Of a stretch of 64,000 nt of DNA, positions 1 through 12,298 are shown one piece after another. The notes under the pieces are model-generated. The model was given only the letters and a program-made list of their open reading frames with translations. It did no database searches and was not told where the DNA came from. The translations under genes and the position numbers were made by a program. The DNA is taken from the NCBI GenBank assembly GCA_028023455.1, contig JAQFVV010000006.1, forward strand, positions 9,734,001 through 9,798,000, read 5' to 3'. This stretch comes from Epiperipatus broadwayi. Lineage: Eukaryota; Animalia; Onychophora. Positions within the stretch are counted from its first letter, which is position 1; every line of letters starts with the position of its first letter.

Positions 1-772
1 AGTTTATGGATAATAAAAGAATAGCTAAAATAGTATTTAATTGGGTTATGAGTAAAGGGCAGGCAACAAGATGGGTGAGAAAGGTAATACAGTATTCAAA
101 AGATTTGGATAAAGAATGTATATCTGTATATTTGTACAAAAAATGGGATGATTGTGTTAGGAGGATTGTTGAGTGTTATAGTGGTAAGGAATGGGATAAA
201 AGAATAGATTTACTAATAAAGAATAGGGAGTTAGAGAGATGGAGAACTAGTATGGAGAGTAAAAAGACTTTAAATATATATAGAAATAAACAGAATATTA
301 GGTGTGAGTTAATTTATGATAATAGTAAGGAAAATAGTTTATTGTTTAAGGCTCAAACAGGATCTTTAGCAACAAGAGAATATACATATAAATGGAAAAA
401 TATGGGTGATTTAGTCTGTAAATTATGTAAGGAAGGAATAGAAAATATTAGGCATCTGTTAATTGAATGTAAATGCTTAAAAACAGAAAGGGCACATATA
501 ATGAAGTTATGGAAAAATAAATATGAAAAAAGTGATTATACGGAAAGTAGATTATTGGTTTTTATGCTGGGTTTGGAAAAAGATAAGGGGGATTTAGATA
601 TAAAGGCTGTAGAATTGACAAAGATTATGTTGCGGAAATGGGAAGGAGCAGAATATAGGAAAACTTAGTCTGGGGAATATAAAATTAAGTAGCTAACAAG
701 TTTTTCTTGGTATAATTGCTGAGAGATTCTTGACTTCGTTTAAGAAGAAGCTACAGTACATCACATCACATC
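1..772 (+). mobile_element. 3' end of a non-LTR retrotransposon (LINE) ORF2 with C-terminal CCHC zinc knuckle; clade uncertain (RTE-X-like by recollection)
   Basis: ORF 6..668 contains IYDNSKENSLLFKAQTGSL and CKLCKEGIENIRHLLIEC (C-x2-C..H..C). It ends in a short (ACATC)n tail at ~758-772. A second, decayed copy lies at 18620-19484. Confidence 0.85.
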
Positions 773-1014
773 TAGTGTTTTAACAGCTTGTGATAACGTG
801 ATATTTCAATGGTTCATCATAAAAATTTTATTTGGATACATATATATGTTTGAATGTTTGAGGGGGGAGTAAACAGAGCTAAAGTAATGTTTGATTGCTT
901 TTCAAAGTACAAGAAAATAAGGATTAGTAATAATAAATATAGTTTTACTTCTCACTATATGTAAAATATATAATTGTTAATTAGAGAAGATATTAATTAG
1001 TATTAAAGTTTATC

Positions 1015-1055
1015 GGCTTAACGTTTTCGAGGATCCATGCCTCATATTCATAGCC
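1015..1055 (-). ncRNA. Minimal type-I hammerhead ribozyme in the Penelope 3' region, with A3/U8 variant core
   Basis: The minus strand reads GGCT-ATGAATA-T-GAGG catggat CCTC-GAAA-ACGTT-A-AGCC. Stem I is GGCT/AGCC, stem II is GAGG/CCTC, stem III is the palindrome AACGTT and the triplet is UUA. It lies ~50 nt downstream of the ORF stop. Confidence 0.75.
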
Positions 1056-1108
1056 TTCATAAAATGTATAATAAAATATGCAAATACAAATATTCAAATA
1101 AGCTAGTA

Positions 1109-2101
1109 TTACGTAGCCCGTTTCTTCGAGATCTCGAAGCAAGTATCCTTTCTATTAATGGCATGGATGTTTCCATTGATGTAAAATGCCTCCTTTATTT
1201 TTCTTTTGTGATCATTTGATTCTGAGCACAATATTATGGGATTGGCGGGTGTGAAGTTGTGTCCAGATTGTTTAGCATGCTCCAAGAATACAGAGTACGT
1301 GTTGCTGTTTTTCTGAGCTCTGTTAAATGTGTAAATATGTTGACCCAGTCTAGTATTGATTGTAGCTTTCGTTTCACCATAATATATAGCATGGCATCCA
1401 GCCTGAGGGCAGGCAATAGAGTACACCACGTGTGGGGTGAACGATCGATCAATGTGGACTTTAGAGTTGTTAAGCAATCTATTAGAATTAGGTGGAGTTC
1501 TAACTGCTATGTTAAATTTATCGTTTAATGCTTTCATTAGTTTGTTAGATATTTTAGGAATGTAGGGGATTGTTATTCTAGGTAGATTGGTGCGAGGTAC
1601 ATTATTGTTTATTGTATTATTAAATTTTATGATTTTATTTTTAATAGCTTTGAATTTGAACCCTGCTGCTAATAGATCTTTAATATAGTTGTTTATGTTT
1701 TCTTTCCTGTCTGCTTCATATTTACATAAATAAAAGTTTCTAAACAAAAATGCATTAAGGCCAGCAAATTTATGCGATGCAGGTGAGTTAGAGTTAGGGT
1801 GGATACAGCTGCGAATTTCAAATGGTTTAACAATCATTTTGTAATCTATTAAGTGGCGATTTCTCGATAAAGAGAGGTCGAGATATTTAAGTTCTTTATT
1901 ATTTTCATATGTGATGGTGAATGAAAGTTTGGTTAAGTTTTGTAAATCACGTAGTATATTTAAAGTATTATCTTTAGAGGTTATGATAAAGATATCGTCT
2001 ACATAACGAATATATGTAAAGTCTTGGTTGATATTGTGATATTTTGGAAGGATCGATAGCTCGTATTTATTTAAATATAATAATAATAAATTTGAATGGC
2101 T
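1109..2101 (-). mobile_element. 5'-truncated Penelope-like element: RT C-terminal half plus GIY-YIG endonuclease in one open frame
   Basis: The ORF-track protein 1109..1837 has ITIPYIP, VVYSIAC..C.AIYYGET and RKIKEAFYI. My translation extends the same frame upstream without a stop to ~2101 and includes YIRYVDDIFII and YLDLSL. Confidence 0.92.
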
Positions 2102-2439
2102 TTATTGTTTGAGAGTTCAGAAGTTTTGAGTATCAGAAGTGACAGAGGTGGGCCAGTGATCCATGGACTTTGGCTCCAGATTTTGCCAATCTTTCACAGT
2201 AACAAGTCACACAAGACATTGATAATAATGAATTAAATAAAGTTAACTACAAAGGCCTTGGTGAGAATATTAATACTGATAAAAATATAAAAAATAAATC
2301 AGCCGCTGAATTAAACTTAGATGATTGCTTGAATAGGAAAATTACTTTTTAAAAAATAAAAGTAGTTTTCCAAAACATAATGGAAAACCATTACAAACAC
2401 TTCAAGGTTCAAACCACATAACAAAGCATAAAAAGATGA

Positions 2440-2735
2440 GTTATAATGAATAATGATGAGTCAAATGTGAAGTAGGTGGGTGAGAGAAATTAACAATTAT
2501 TACTGGTATCAGCGAAAGACTGAAGAGGAATTAGACTGGTCATATTACTAGAAACGATAATATTTGATGGATTTCAAGAGAGTATAAAAGACCCAGAAAG
2601 AGATCGTAAATGAGATGGATAAGAAGGCTTTCTGAATAATGTGAAAAACATAAGAAGTTGTAAATGTGAGAAACTGGATTAAACTTCTGAGAGTCTGTCC
2701 TGCAGTGAACTGATAGATGATGATGATGATAGTTA
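2440..2735 (+). mobile_element. Decayed RTE-clade LINE 3' fragment with (ATG)n tail
   Basis: Its reverse complement aligns by eye with the RTE 3' end at 47664-47990, and it has a gatgatgatgat tail at ~2717-2731. Confidence 0.7.
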
Positions 2736-2851
2736 AATCAAGACCAAGCATGGATTTCAGTAATTCATAAGCTGTCTGAACCGTTAATTCGATTACAACA
2801 ATCAAATCTTAATTATTGTTTGCATTTGTAATTTTAAAATAATTCACTTAC

Positions 2852-2984
2852 GCGGAGGACCACATGACGTCTGAATGTCTAATGTTAGGTACCCTAGGGA
2901 TAGATTAAACAAGTCCATTCTTTTAGCATGACCCGATAGAATCGATACTGTAATCTTGTGAATGTTGAATCGCCACTTCGCCAT
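2852..2984 (-). CDS. Candidate first coding exon of an unidentified host gene (MAKWRFNIHK...SCGPP)
   Basis: ATG at 2984 opens 44 codons followed directly by a GTAAGT donor (2851-2846), in a CpG-retaining segment. I do not recognise the peptide and could not find a downstream exon. Confidence 0.3.
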
Positions 2985-4914
2985 TGCTCTAAACGTCACC
3001 GACAATCCAGTTGAAATAACAGTTAATTTATTATTAAAATTTTATTATTCTGAACCCACTGTATTTATATTTAGACATGGCCAAAAAAACTTGTAATATT
3101 TTAATAATAACAACAACAAAAACAACTACGTAAAATTCAAATGATGTATATAAAAAAAAAAACATTTGTAGGAAATTTAAAGTAACGCATCATTCTTTCT
3201 TGGAATTTACCGGTTTTCCCACTAAGCGGCTCTAGTGTGATCTAATCTTTGAAATGAAATGAATGTAGTTTATATGTACTCGATAGTATATACTACGAAA
3301 TAATGAGTACTCTCGGAGATACTCAGTTACATTGGGGAGATATTCTAGTAATAGTGTTTTATTTTCTTTTTGTTATAGGCGTTGGAATATGGGTAAGTTT
3401 TTTTTATTATACTAATTACTTTATACAATAATAAAACCTAATTAGTCTAATACCTTTTTTTCTTGTTATAATTTGAAAGTATATACTGTGGATGTACAGT
3501 AAAGTAATCCCATACTGTACTGCAAATTTTATTTACGATGTATATACAAATGTTTTGTTATTGTCCATTTAAGTTTTCGTTTTTTTGTTACCTGAATAAA
3601 AAATACCTTTGATGATTGGGTAATAAATTTGCATAAAATATTCGAATTAAAATTCAGATATTGTATCAGATAAATTTATTATCAATTGTCCATACAGTGT
3701 TTTTTTTAAAAAAAATCATATAAAAAATTAAAATAATTGAGATAAATGTATACACTTTTAATTATTAAAACACATATTTTAATAAGCCCCAAATGTTATA
3801 AAAATAAATAGATTTCAGGTACGGAATTTGTGTAAGATATGAATATGTATTATGGAATTTCCCAATCATTCTGTGAGTATAATCATAAATATATATTTAG
3901 ATTAGTAAAAGCTTATATTTTTGCAAAATTGAGCAAGAGTTGTTTGAAAGTTATTTACAAACTTTGGATACGCTTATGGTCATTGCGAGGAAAAAGTTGA
4001 TTTAATCTCTATAGGCTATCTTTAATTGCGAATGGCCTTCTTTTTTTTTTTTTTAAAAAAAAAGGGGGAAAAAAACTACTTTTTTTTAAAAAAAAAAAAG
4101 GAAAAAAGAAACATAAGTGCTAACTTTACACACTTTTTACTATTATCACATGTGTGTGCGTGCATGTATACAATTATATTTGAGAAATATTAAATTCAGA
4201 TATTGTATCAGATAATGTTTATTATCAATATAATATATATATTTTAAAACTTTTATTATTAACTAATTGAAATAAATGAGATAAGTTTATAAACTATTTC
4301 ATTATTGAAAGTCTAATTTTCTGCTATACCTCCAGGTAATAAAAAATAAATAAGAAAGATTTGAACATTAGAATATATTTGAATAAAGTATGAAAATTTA
4401 TTATTGGTTGTTTTCCGGTTTAGATTTAATTTAAAATTGCCCACCTAATATGGATATAAGAATTTTTTTAATATTTTAATCACCCTTAGTTATTGTTTTT
4501 AAACAGCTTTACCTTTACAACCGAATCGCCGCTTCCGGTTTCCAGAAAACAAGGAAATTAAACAATTTTGCCTTTTTTTTTTTATGTCAAACATTGTTAA
4601 TATTATAGGTTGTCGGTGAATTAAAGCAAAGTTTATTATTTTACTTTAAATTTAAGACCACTACTAGAACAATTTGTGGGCAGTGAAAAACAAGTTCAAT
4701 TAGTCATCAAAATTTATTTTTTAAGATTGTAATATTCTTTTATTTAAAACACTCTTTAAATTAACTGTATGATTTCAAAATTAAAAAAACCCAACCCAAT
4801 GCTTTAAAAATTAATCCCCTGGAATTCATGAGTTCTGTTCGAGTATCAGAAATGATAAGAGTTGTCCGCGATTTCCAGAATACCTCACTCGACCGCTGCA
4901 CGAAACCACACAAG

Positions 4915-5007
4915 GAGTTGGTGGCCGAATGGTTAGCACAGCCGCCTTACAAGCAGTTGTCCCGGGTTCGCTTCCCGGCCGATGCTTTGACATATATAAA
5001 AAAAAAA
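4915..5007 (+). mobile_element. tRNA-Gly(TCC)-derived SINE, anticodon position reads TAC
   Basis: Reads GAGTTGGTGGCCGAATGGTTAGCACAGCCGCCTTACAAGCAGTTGTCCCGGGTTCGCTTCCCGGCCGATGC plus an A tail. It is colinear with the metazoan tRNA-Gly-TCC pattern and has A and B boxes. Five more family members are in the window. Confidence 0.85.
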
Positions 5008-5281
5008 GACTGATTTCAAACTGAAAATTTATAAACGTTGTCTTGTACATATTATTTAGGATTAATCTAACCCTGTGTGGCGTCGAGATAAAGAAACTGA
5101 CTCGTTAAGTAAAGGTTGCTAAATCGAAACTCAACTGTTCTATAATCGAACATCTCATGGCTTTCATGGCGAACATTATTTTTATAGTATTATCTCAGCG
5201 CAGTCTTGTTAATCATCTATTTTTTATTATTTTGATGTCATTTTGTGTTACTCCTCTCGGTTCTGATTATTAATTAGATTA

Positions 5282-5329
5282 ATGCAACCGAGAGATAAAG
5301 ATAAGCCATGGGCTCAGAGCCCTCATGTA
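5282..5329 (+). CDS. Candidate short coding exon (MQPRDKDKPWAQSPH)
   Basis: An acceptor-like ttaattag lies upstream, followed by ATG, 15 open codons and a GTATGT donor, at the edge of the CpG-retaining segment. No homology recognised. Confidence 0.2.
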
Positions 5330-8300
5330 TGTAACACCTTATAAAATTTGTAAAGGCTGCTCTTGTGATCAATACATCAACGCTTATCTGATCTATCCAA
5401 ATTAATTTGAACTTTTATCTGCAAGATAATATATAAATACCCATTTACTTACCACAATTGGAATGACTAGCTGATTGGTTATATGCCATCTATCTGAAAA
5501 ACAAAAACACTCTAAGGCCTTACTTGTGGCCTAAAAAATTTCAAGGATTACACAGTTTGGATTCAAATCTTAGTTAATGATTAGTTAATGAACATGGCTA
5601 ATTAAAACACTAGCCATAAGGTTCTTAAAAATATTTATCAAAATAAAATAAAATTGTGATGTAATAAATTATACTTTCAAATCTACTTAGATATATTATA
5701 GGGAAATATTATAATTTTAGTTTGGTTTAATTAAAAAGGATAAAGGTGATAATCATTTTTAACATCTATAAACACATACTTTCTCCACCTGTGAAGAAGG
5801 TATTTGTAATTGTTTACTTAATTAATACATTTACATTTATCTAGCTAACCCTGATTAATTTAGAGCTTTTGCTAATAATAGACACCCATTCACCGATTAA
5901 TATGTAGATGGGAAGCTAAGTGGACTTACTGATAGTAAAAGCACAAGATGTCTCTGTCCTAAAAAAATTTCTAGGATTCATCCAGCTCATATTTTAATAT
6001 TAGGTCATGGGTAAAGACTAATAATTGATTATTAATATTCTTTAACCAAGACTGAATTTAAATCCAACATACTCATTACATACTATTTATTATTATTCTA
6101 CTGCAACTCTGTTAAAAATCTGTTTTGTCTGGTTTTATGTCATTAGTTTTTCTTTTCAAATCATGATCCATTATTCAGTATAATACAATTTTTGTTTACT
6201 TTACTATGTAATATTTACTGAGGCTATAACCTCGAGAATATGCATGTAAAATGCAATAGTAGGGACCTCTACAGGTGTTTAACCACAAGCTTACATTATG
6301 GAAGAAAAGAGGGGAACCCTTCTTTACTTCAACCTACTTTCTATTTAAATAGGTGAAGCTGAAGCGGTTGGAACTGCGAGCGTAAAGCTATTCAATACTT
6401 CACTGATTAAGTCTACATTTCTTATTACACATTAATACTTTCCTATGTTAGCATATCCAATGATTGGCATATTCATCAGATAAATAGGCTTTATTTATAA
6501 TATCTTGAGTTTTTAGGGATAACACGATCTAATTTTTGCTTAACAGTTTAGAGAATGGATGGTATTTGCAGTTTGTTTTTATGCAGAAGCAATCATATTC
6601 TTATTTTGGATAGACACATTTTTTAAAGTAAAATATCTAGTGAATTAAAATAATTATCCAATAAATAAAATAAAAGTCTTTAAATAGTGTACTGTAGAGA
6701 ATGACATCTCAGTAGCCCCCATAGAGGAACAGTAAAAACTAAAGTAGTAGTTATCAGACTTGATAATTGCCAAGAAGGGTTAATTGAAGTTTTATTCTTG
6801 CTTTACTATTCTGATAAGAAGACCCACTTACTAACCAAAAGCTAGATCTATAAATAGGTTATTTAAAAAAATTCCTAAGTTTTATTAAAATGTTCAAACC
6901 CGTACTCTGGGTTGACAAATGGAGATGTTATAACTATACCATGAATGTTTTTCCAATATTGAGTGGTAAATGGGTCTACAGATATTTTTGGCTAGAGGAT
7001 AAATAAGCACCAGGATAATCTAAAGCAAATAGGAATTGATGCACTGACCAAATGATAAACTGCTGATGATGAAGGCCCATCATACACATGGATGTTGAGC
7101 CTATGATGTACACTTATGTAAAGCTGGGTTTTGTAAAAATGTACAATTTTTTTTTAAATCTGGAAATAGTTTTAATATATGAAGAGTGGGTGGGCTCCTG
7201 ATGTGACATTCCTTTGGCAAGATTAAAAAATTATTTTTCCATCATTGTAATTTGTTACATGTCCATGAATTGACAACAACAAGAGAATTAAAAAACACAG
7301 TCAAACAGCAAAATAACTAATAATATATAATGAGCATTTAAAACTTATATTGTGAATATTCAAATCCTAAAAGCTAGCCTGCTTACATGATATATCTGCT
7401 CATTAATTTCTACTAATCTTTATAGATACGTTTATTGATTTTTATACTTATATATATTTATATCCTTTGGATACATTAATAAAAATATTTTTTAGAAAAT
7501 CTCTATCTCCATTGGTGGTTAAAAAAAAAAAATGTTAAATGAAAAATTCAAATTATGAAAATAAATAAATAAAAAGAAAAAAAAAAAAAGATTTGGAGTA
7601 AACTTAATTTTTAATAGGGTAATCGAAATGGAAATGTTGTAATTAGAATGTCTAAAGAAAATGGTGAAAAAAGTTGAAGAAGAAATATTTGGAAATCGGT
7701 CAGGAATCATCTCTGTCATCTGTTAATTAAAAAGGGGTGGTAGGTAGTGAATGAGAAGTGATTGTTTTGTGTAAGTGGTTAGTGGGGGTGGTATCTTTCA
7801 GTTCTGTAGAAGGAAGAAAAGTCTCTTCATTGAGAATAAAAAAAATAAAAATCTAAAGGATAAATAAATCGATGGTATCTTGGGGTGGAATTAGGAAGGT
7901 ATGAAGATGATATTTCAAGATTAAAATTTATGAGTAAATTAAATTTAAGATGATTTCAATATTATTTATCTGAAAATATTTTTAATAGTTAATTTTATTT
8001 AATGTATTTAATTTGTAAATAATTTATTATATTATTATTTAATTTGTTCTTTATATTATGATTTCTGTTTCCGTAAATAAATTATAAAAAAAATGTTAGT
8101 CGGGCGTGAATGGTGTATCGATTGTAAAGATATATTAGGGATATCTTGGGTGTTATTTATTGAATTGGTTCAATGGATTGGATATATTTATGTAATTAGT
8201 AGGTGTAATATGAGATCGGAGGTTTAGTATCAATCTGTTTTATGGATGGGTTGGTCGGAGAATGCCATTTATGGATTTAGTTTATTGATCTATTGAATGT

Positions 8301-9671
8301 ATCCTGTGGGGGAGAGTCAATCGTTTCTATTCTAATATTGTTCAGATGTAATTTGAATTTGTAGAAATAGAAAATTGTTCAGGGTGTGATCTGGGGAATG
8401 TAATAAACTAAAAATATAGGAATGGTGTATTGGACTATATAGAACAATGTGGTATCTTATCTGTGCTATTATATAAATATATAATCATTATTAAATAAAA
8501 TTTAATATATCTTTAAATCGATAAGCCATTAGGTAGTTTAAATTTTTATAATTTATTTAGGAAAAAGAAATCATAATAAAAAAAGAAAAAATTAAATAAA
8601 TAAATAAATAAATGGAATTTTTACAAATTAAATAATTAAATAAAATTATAACTAATTATAAAATAATGTTGGTCAGATAGAATAATATTGAAATCATTTA
8701 ATTGGAAAGTTTTAATTTATGTTTATTTTAAAGTTTTTGTGAAATATTACTTTATTCTTGGTTTGAATTTAAGATTTGTATGTTGTCATTATTTATCTTT
8801 GAGATTTTTATTTTTTTTTTAGTGTAATTGTCCTCAATGAAACATATTTTTTCCTTTCTTACAAACGAAGTGAAGTTTTTCCCTCAGCACTAACACTATA
8901 CATAATAATCATCTTCTCATCCTAACTACTAATAAATGTTTTATATTATGTCAAGGATTGAATTAATTGTATGGAGTGTGTTTTGAGTGATTTTAAATGG
9001 ATTTTTTTATTTGTACATTTTTTGTTTTTTATCTGAAGTGTTTACATTTAAATGGTTTATAATTAACAATCATTTATTTTGATTATTTGTTTTAAATCAA
9101 ATATGTTTAGATAAATTTAAAGTATAATTTTATCTCCAAATCTTTTTAAAATTTAGTTTTAATTTTTTAATAAATTTTATTTTAATATTTTATTATGGAT
9201 TTATATAAGAGTAAGTTGATATTTTATTTAATTTTTAAGAAAGTTTAAATGATTTTTTTTGTTTAATATATATAAAAAATTATATATATATGTTAATTTT
9301 AATAGGTTATCATCAATTAACCACCAAACACTGCCTGATGTCACTTGCTAGTCAAAAACCAATGGATATAACATTACTGGGCTGATTTACATTTTTTTTT
9401 TTTTACACTATACATGTCAGTATGTCATTTTTAAAAACAAAATTATTTAATGAAATCTAATATTTCCTTTTTTCAATTAATGTCTGATCAAAAAAAAAAT
9501 TTTTTTTCAACAATTTACAAAACACAATTTGATTTGAAAATTCCCCTCTGATCAAGCCAAGCTTATGCTTTGGAAGTCTAGTAGCTGCCCCTGCGCAAAA
9601 TACGTTTTACGCGTGATTTCTATATAATGCTGGAATGTACACTTTTGAAATTCGTTTAACCTTAAAAATAT

Positions 9672-9956
9672 GTGTACAGAAATGCGTCTTTTGTCTTACA
9701 ATTAATACTATCTAAAACTACATCAGGTCGTATAAAAAATAAGTACTTCGAATGCACATGCAAAAACTTAGGACAACTTGAATTCTACACATCCTCATGT
9801 TATACTGTAGTGATCTGTAAAATGTGCGATAGTACCTCGAAGCACAAAAGCTGCCTAGCAGCCAATATGAACAGAACTGTTCTATAGGTTGCGTGAGCAG
9901 TATATTTCTATGCTTTTGCATGGAAACAGCGACATCAGGTGATGTGCGGGGACTAG
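9672..9956 (+). pseudogene. Disrupted Cys/His-rich PHD-finger-like coding fragment
   Basis: Reads FECTCK...VVICKMCDSTSKHKSCL, then EQNCSIGC after a frame change. The spacing resembles a C4HC3 PHD finger of the G2E3/PHF7 type. Stops and a frameshift are present. Confidence 0.3.
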
Positions 9957-10157
9957 TCAATGACAACCATTGATTTTTATACTCATTTATATTTATATCC
10001 TTTGGTCACAATAATAAAAATATTTTCTTAAAAAATATCTATCTCCATATATATATGTTAATTTTAATATTCTCATGGATAAATGATGAATTCATAGTAT
10101 TATTTCCAGAAGCTTTTGTGTAGTAAAAATGTAATAATTTTAAATCTATAACAAATA

Positions 10158-10757
10158 ATTTGTTCTAATCCACCAACTTTTTTCTTTTAAAAATGTACAG
10201 TCATATAGATATAATTAAATTAAAAATCTTTTTTTTTAAAAACTTTTGTGATTATATATCTTTTTTATATTTATATCATTTTCGATCAGAAAACATTAAA
10301 ACTTAATCAAAAAAAGTAATATTAAAATTTAAAAATAAATAAAATAAAAAATCATCTAAATTTTTTAAAAATTGTTAATAAAAATTATTTTTTTATAAAT
10401 GAATTTATTCAAAATAATTCTTTATAAAAAGTTTCTTATTTTTTTTTTTATAAGGGGGTTAGATTGTAAAAAAGAATGGTAATATTAAGATATAATGTTT
10501 AAATAGTGGTGGGAATTTTTTGGAAATAAATTATTGAGTTAAGAAAGAAAAGGATGTTTATTGTAAATTGGTTTTTTGGATAAAAATGTAAAAGGGAAAG
10601 TTTTTGGAGGAGTTAAGTGTGTTGTTTTGTGTTTTTAATTTAAATGATTTTAATGTTTTTATTTATTTTTAAATATGGGTATGTATTGTGTTTGTAGTGG
10701 TTGTTAATGTTGTTTAGATGGTAAAGTGGGGGTTTATAGGAGGTTTTAATATAGAAT
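10158..10757. other. 600-bp low-complexity insertion between 17-bp direct repeats, containing a 327-nt cytosine-free tract
   Basis: taaatctataacaaata occurs at 10141-10157 and 10758-10774. There is no C on the + strand from 10436 to 10762. Confidence 0.6.
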
Positions 10758-11687
10758 TAAATCTATAACAAATACTTTCCTCAGAACTTCTTCTTTCTCA
10801 AATCATAAGAATGTGTGTGATGAGATTTAAAATCGTTATTTTTTCTGTTGTTATTTTTTGCTCTTTCTCAAATTCTAATGGTTGAGAAGTTTTAAAAAAT
10901 ATTTTATCCTCCAGTAGCTTTTTCCAAATATTGTTAATTTTCTTCAATTCACATTTTTCATTTATGCTCTTAGGATTTTTAAAAATCTCCATAGCTTTCC
11001 TTAAGTCTCTGATCATATTGTTCAATTTTTGCCAGAATATTCGTTTTATTAAAATTGATGTCATGGTTACTTAATTTAATGTGTTAATAAATGACTGATG
11101 AATTGGATTTTTCTCGTAACTGCCAAAATGTGTTCTACCTCTCTTATGTTTATTCTATAATTGTTCTGCCCAATGCATGAATGTGGCCAAAGTCCACATG
11201 GAATTTCTTATATACCATGACACTCCAAAGGAATTTTATCTGTAGGGCATGAAAATACTTCATTAATTTTTTAAAATGTAATATAAATTGTGTGTATATT
11301 ATTTTTCTTTAAAACATTACCAATTTTATCAGTTACTCTTTTTATATGTGGCAAACAGTCTTAATTTTTAAAGTGTCAAAATCTTTTTCATTATATAAAA
11401 AAGCCATCCTGTGACAAAACCATTATGAAGAAGCATATTTAAGTAGCATAAATATCTTTGTGAAAGTGGCTGCCATCAGAAAGTCATTAGTTTTGTCTAA
11501 CAACGTCTTTGCCACTGAAAATAATTATGCTGGATAATGATGAAAAGAAAAATGTAAATATTTCCCAATGTGTGTTTGCTTTCTATATATGCCATGGAAT
11601 AAAAAACTATCATTTTTTTCAATTAAAATATCTAAGAATGGAAACTGGTTATTTATTTTTTACTTCCGTAGTAAATCTGATGTTATT

Positions 11688-11793
11688 CGTCAAGCGTTGG
11701 TGGTCGAGAGGTCAGCACGGCTGCCTTACAGTCAGTTGTCCTGGGTTAACGGATTAGCTTCCTGGCTGATGCTATGACACCAGAGAGAAAAAA
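11688..11793 (+). mobile_element. tRNA-Gly-derived SINE (TAC type) with 15-bp TSD
   Basis: Reads GCGTTGGTGGTCGAGAGGTCAGCACGGCTGCCTTACA... TSD aaatctgatgttatt is at 11673-11687 and 11794-11808. Confidence 0.85.
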
Positions 11794-12298
11794 AAATCTG
11801 ATGTTATTGTGAAAAGAGTTAAGAAAATTAAAAATTCATCAATTGTAGGCAAAATATTTTATATGCATTTCAAAAAAAGCATTAAAATTATTCTACATTT
11901 ATCTTCGAAGATGAATAGGTGGGATGATTTCAATGCACTTTTAAATACCTCTAAGAATGAAAGTTGATTATTTTTTTCTACTTCCGTAGTAAATTTGATG
12001 TTGTTGTGAAAAGAGTTAAGAAAATTAAAAAATCATTAATTATAGGAAAGATATTTTATATACATTTCAAACAAGCATTGAAATTATCCCACAGTTATCT
12101 TTGAAGATAAATAGGTGGGATAATTTCAATGCATTTTTAAATACCTGTAGTATACAATGGAGTCAACAAATAAATATTAAATATAACAAAATTAGTGAAG
12201 ATAAATTTTATATACAGTATTTAAATGTATACATAAATGAACAAAGAAAAATATTAAAGAGAGAAATAAGGATTTGATCACCATATGTAAATAATAGA

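Noticed and set aside
4035-4110. Scrambled homopolymer block (similar at 51450-51515 and 26065-26120)
   Set aside because: It resembles low-quality sequence after long A/T or G runs rather than a biological feature.
4915-4986. Functional tRNA-Val(TAC) gene
   Set aside because: It has a Gly scaffold, mismatches in the acceptor, D and anticodon stems, a T-loop A58-to-C change, an A tail and multiple dispersed SINE relatives.
6435-6479. Minus-strand CTGATGA followed by a hairpin
   Set aside because: There is no GAAA directly after the stem and no stem I or III.
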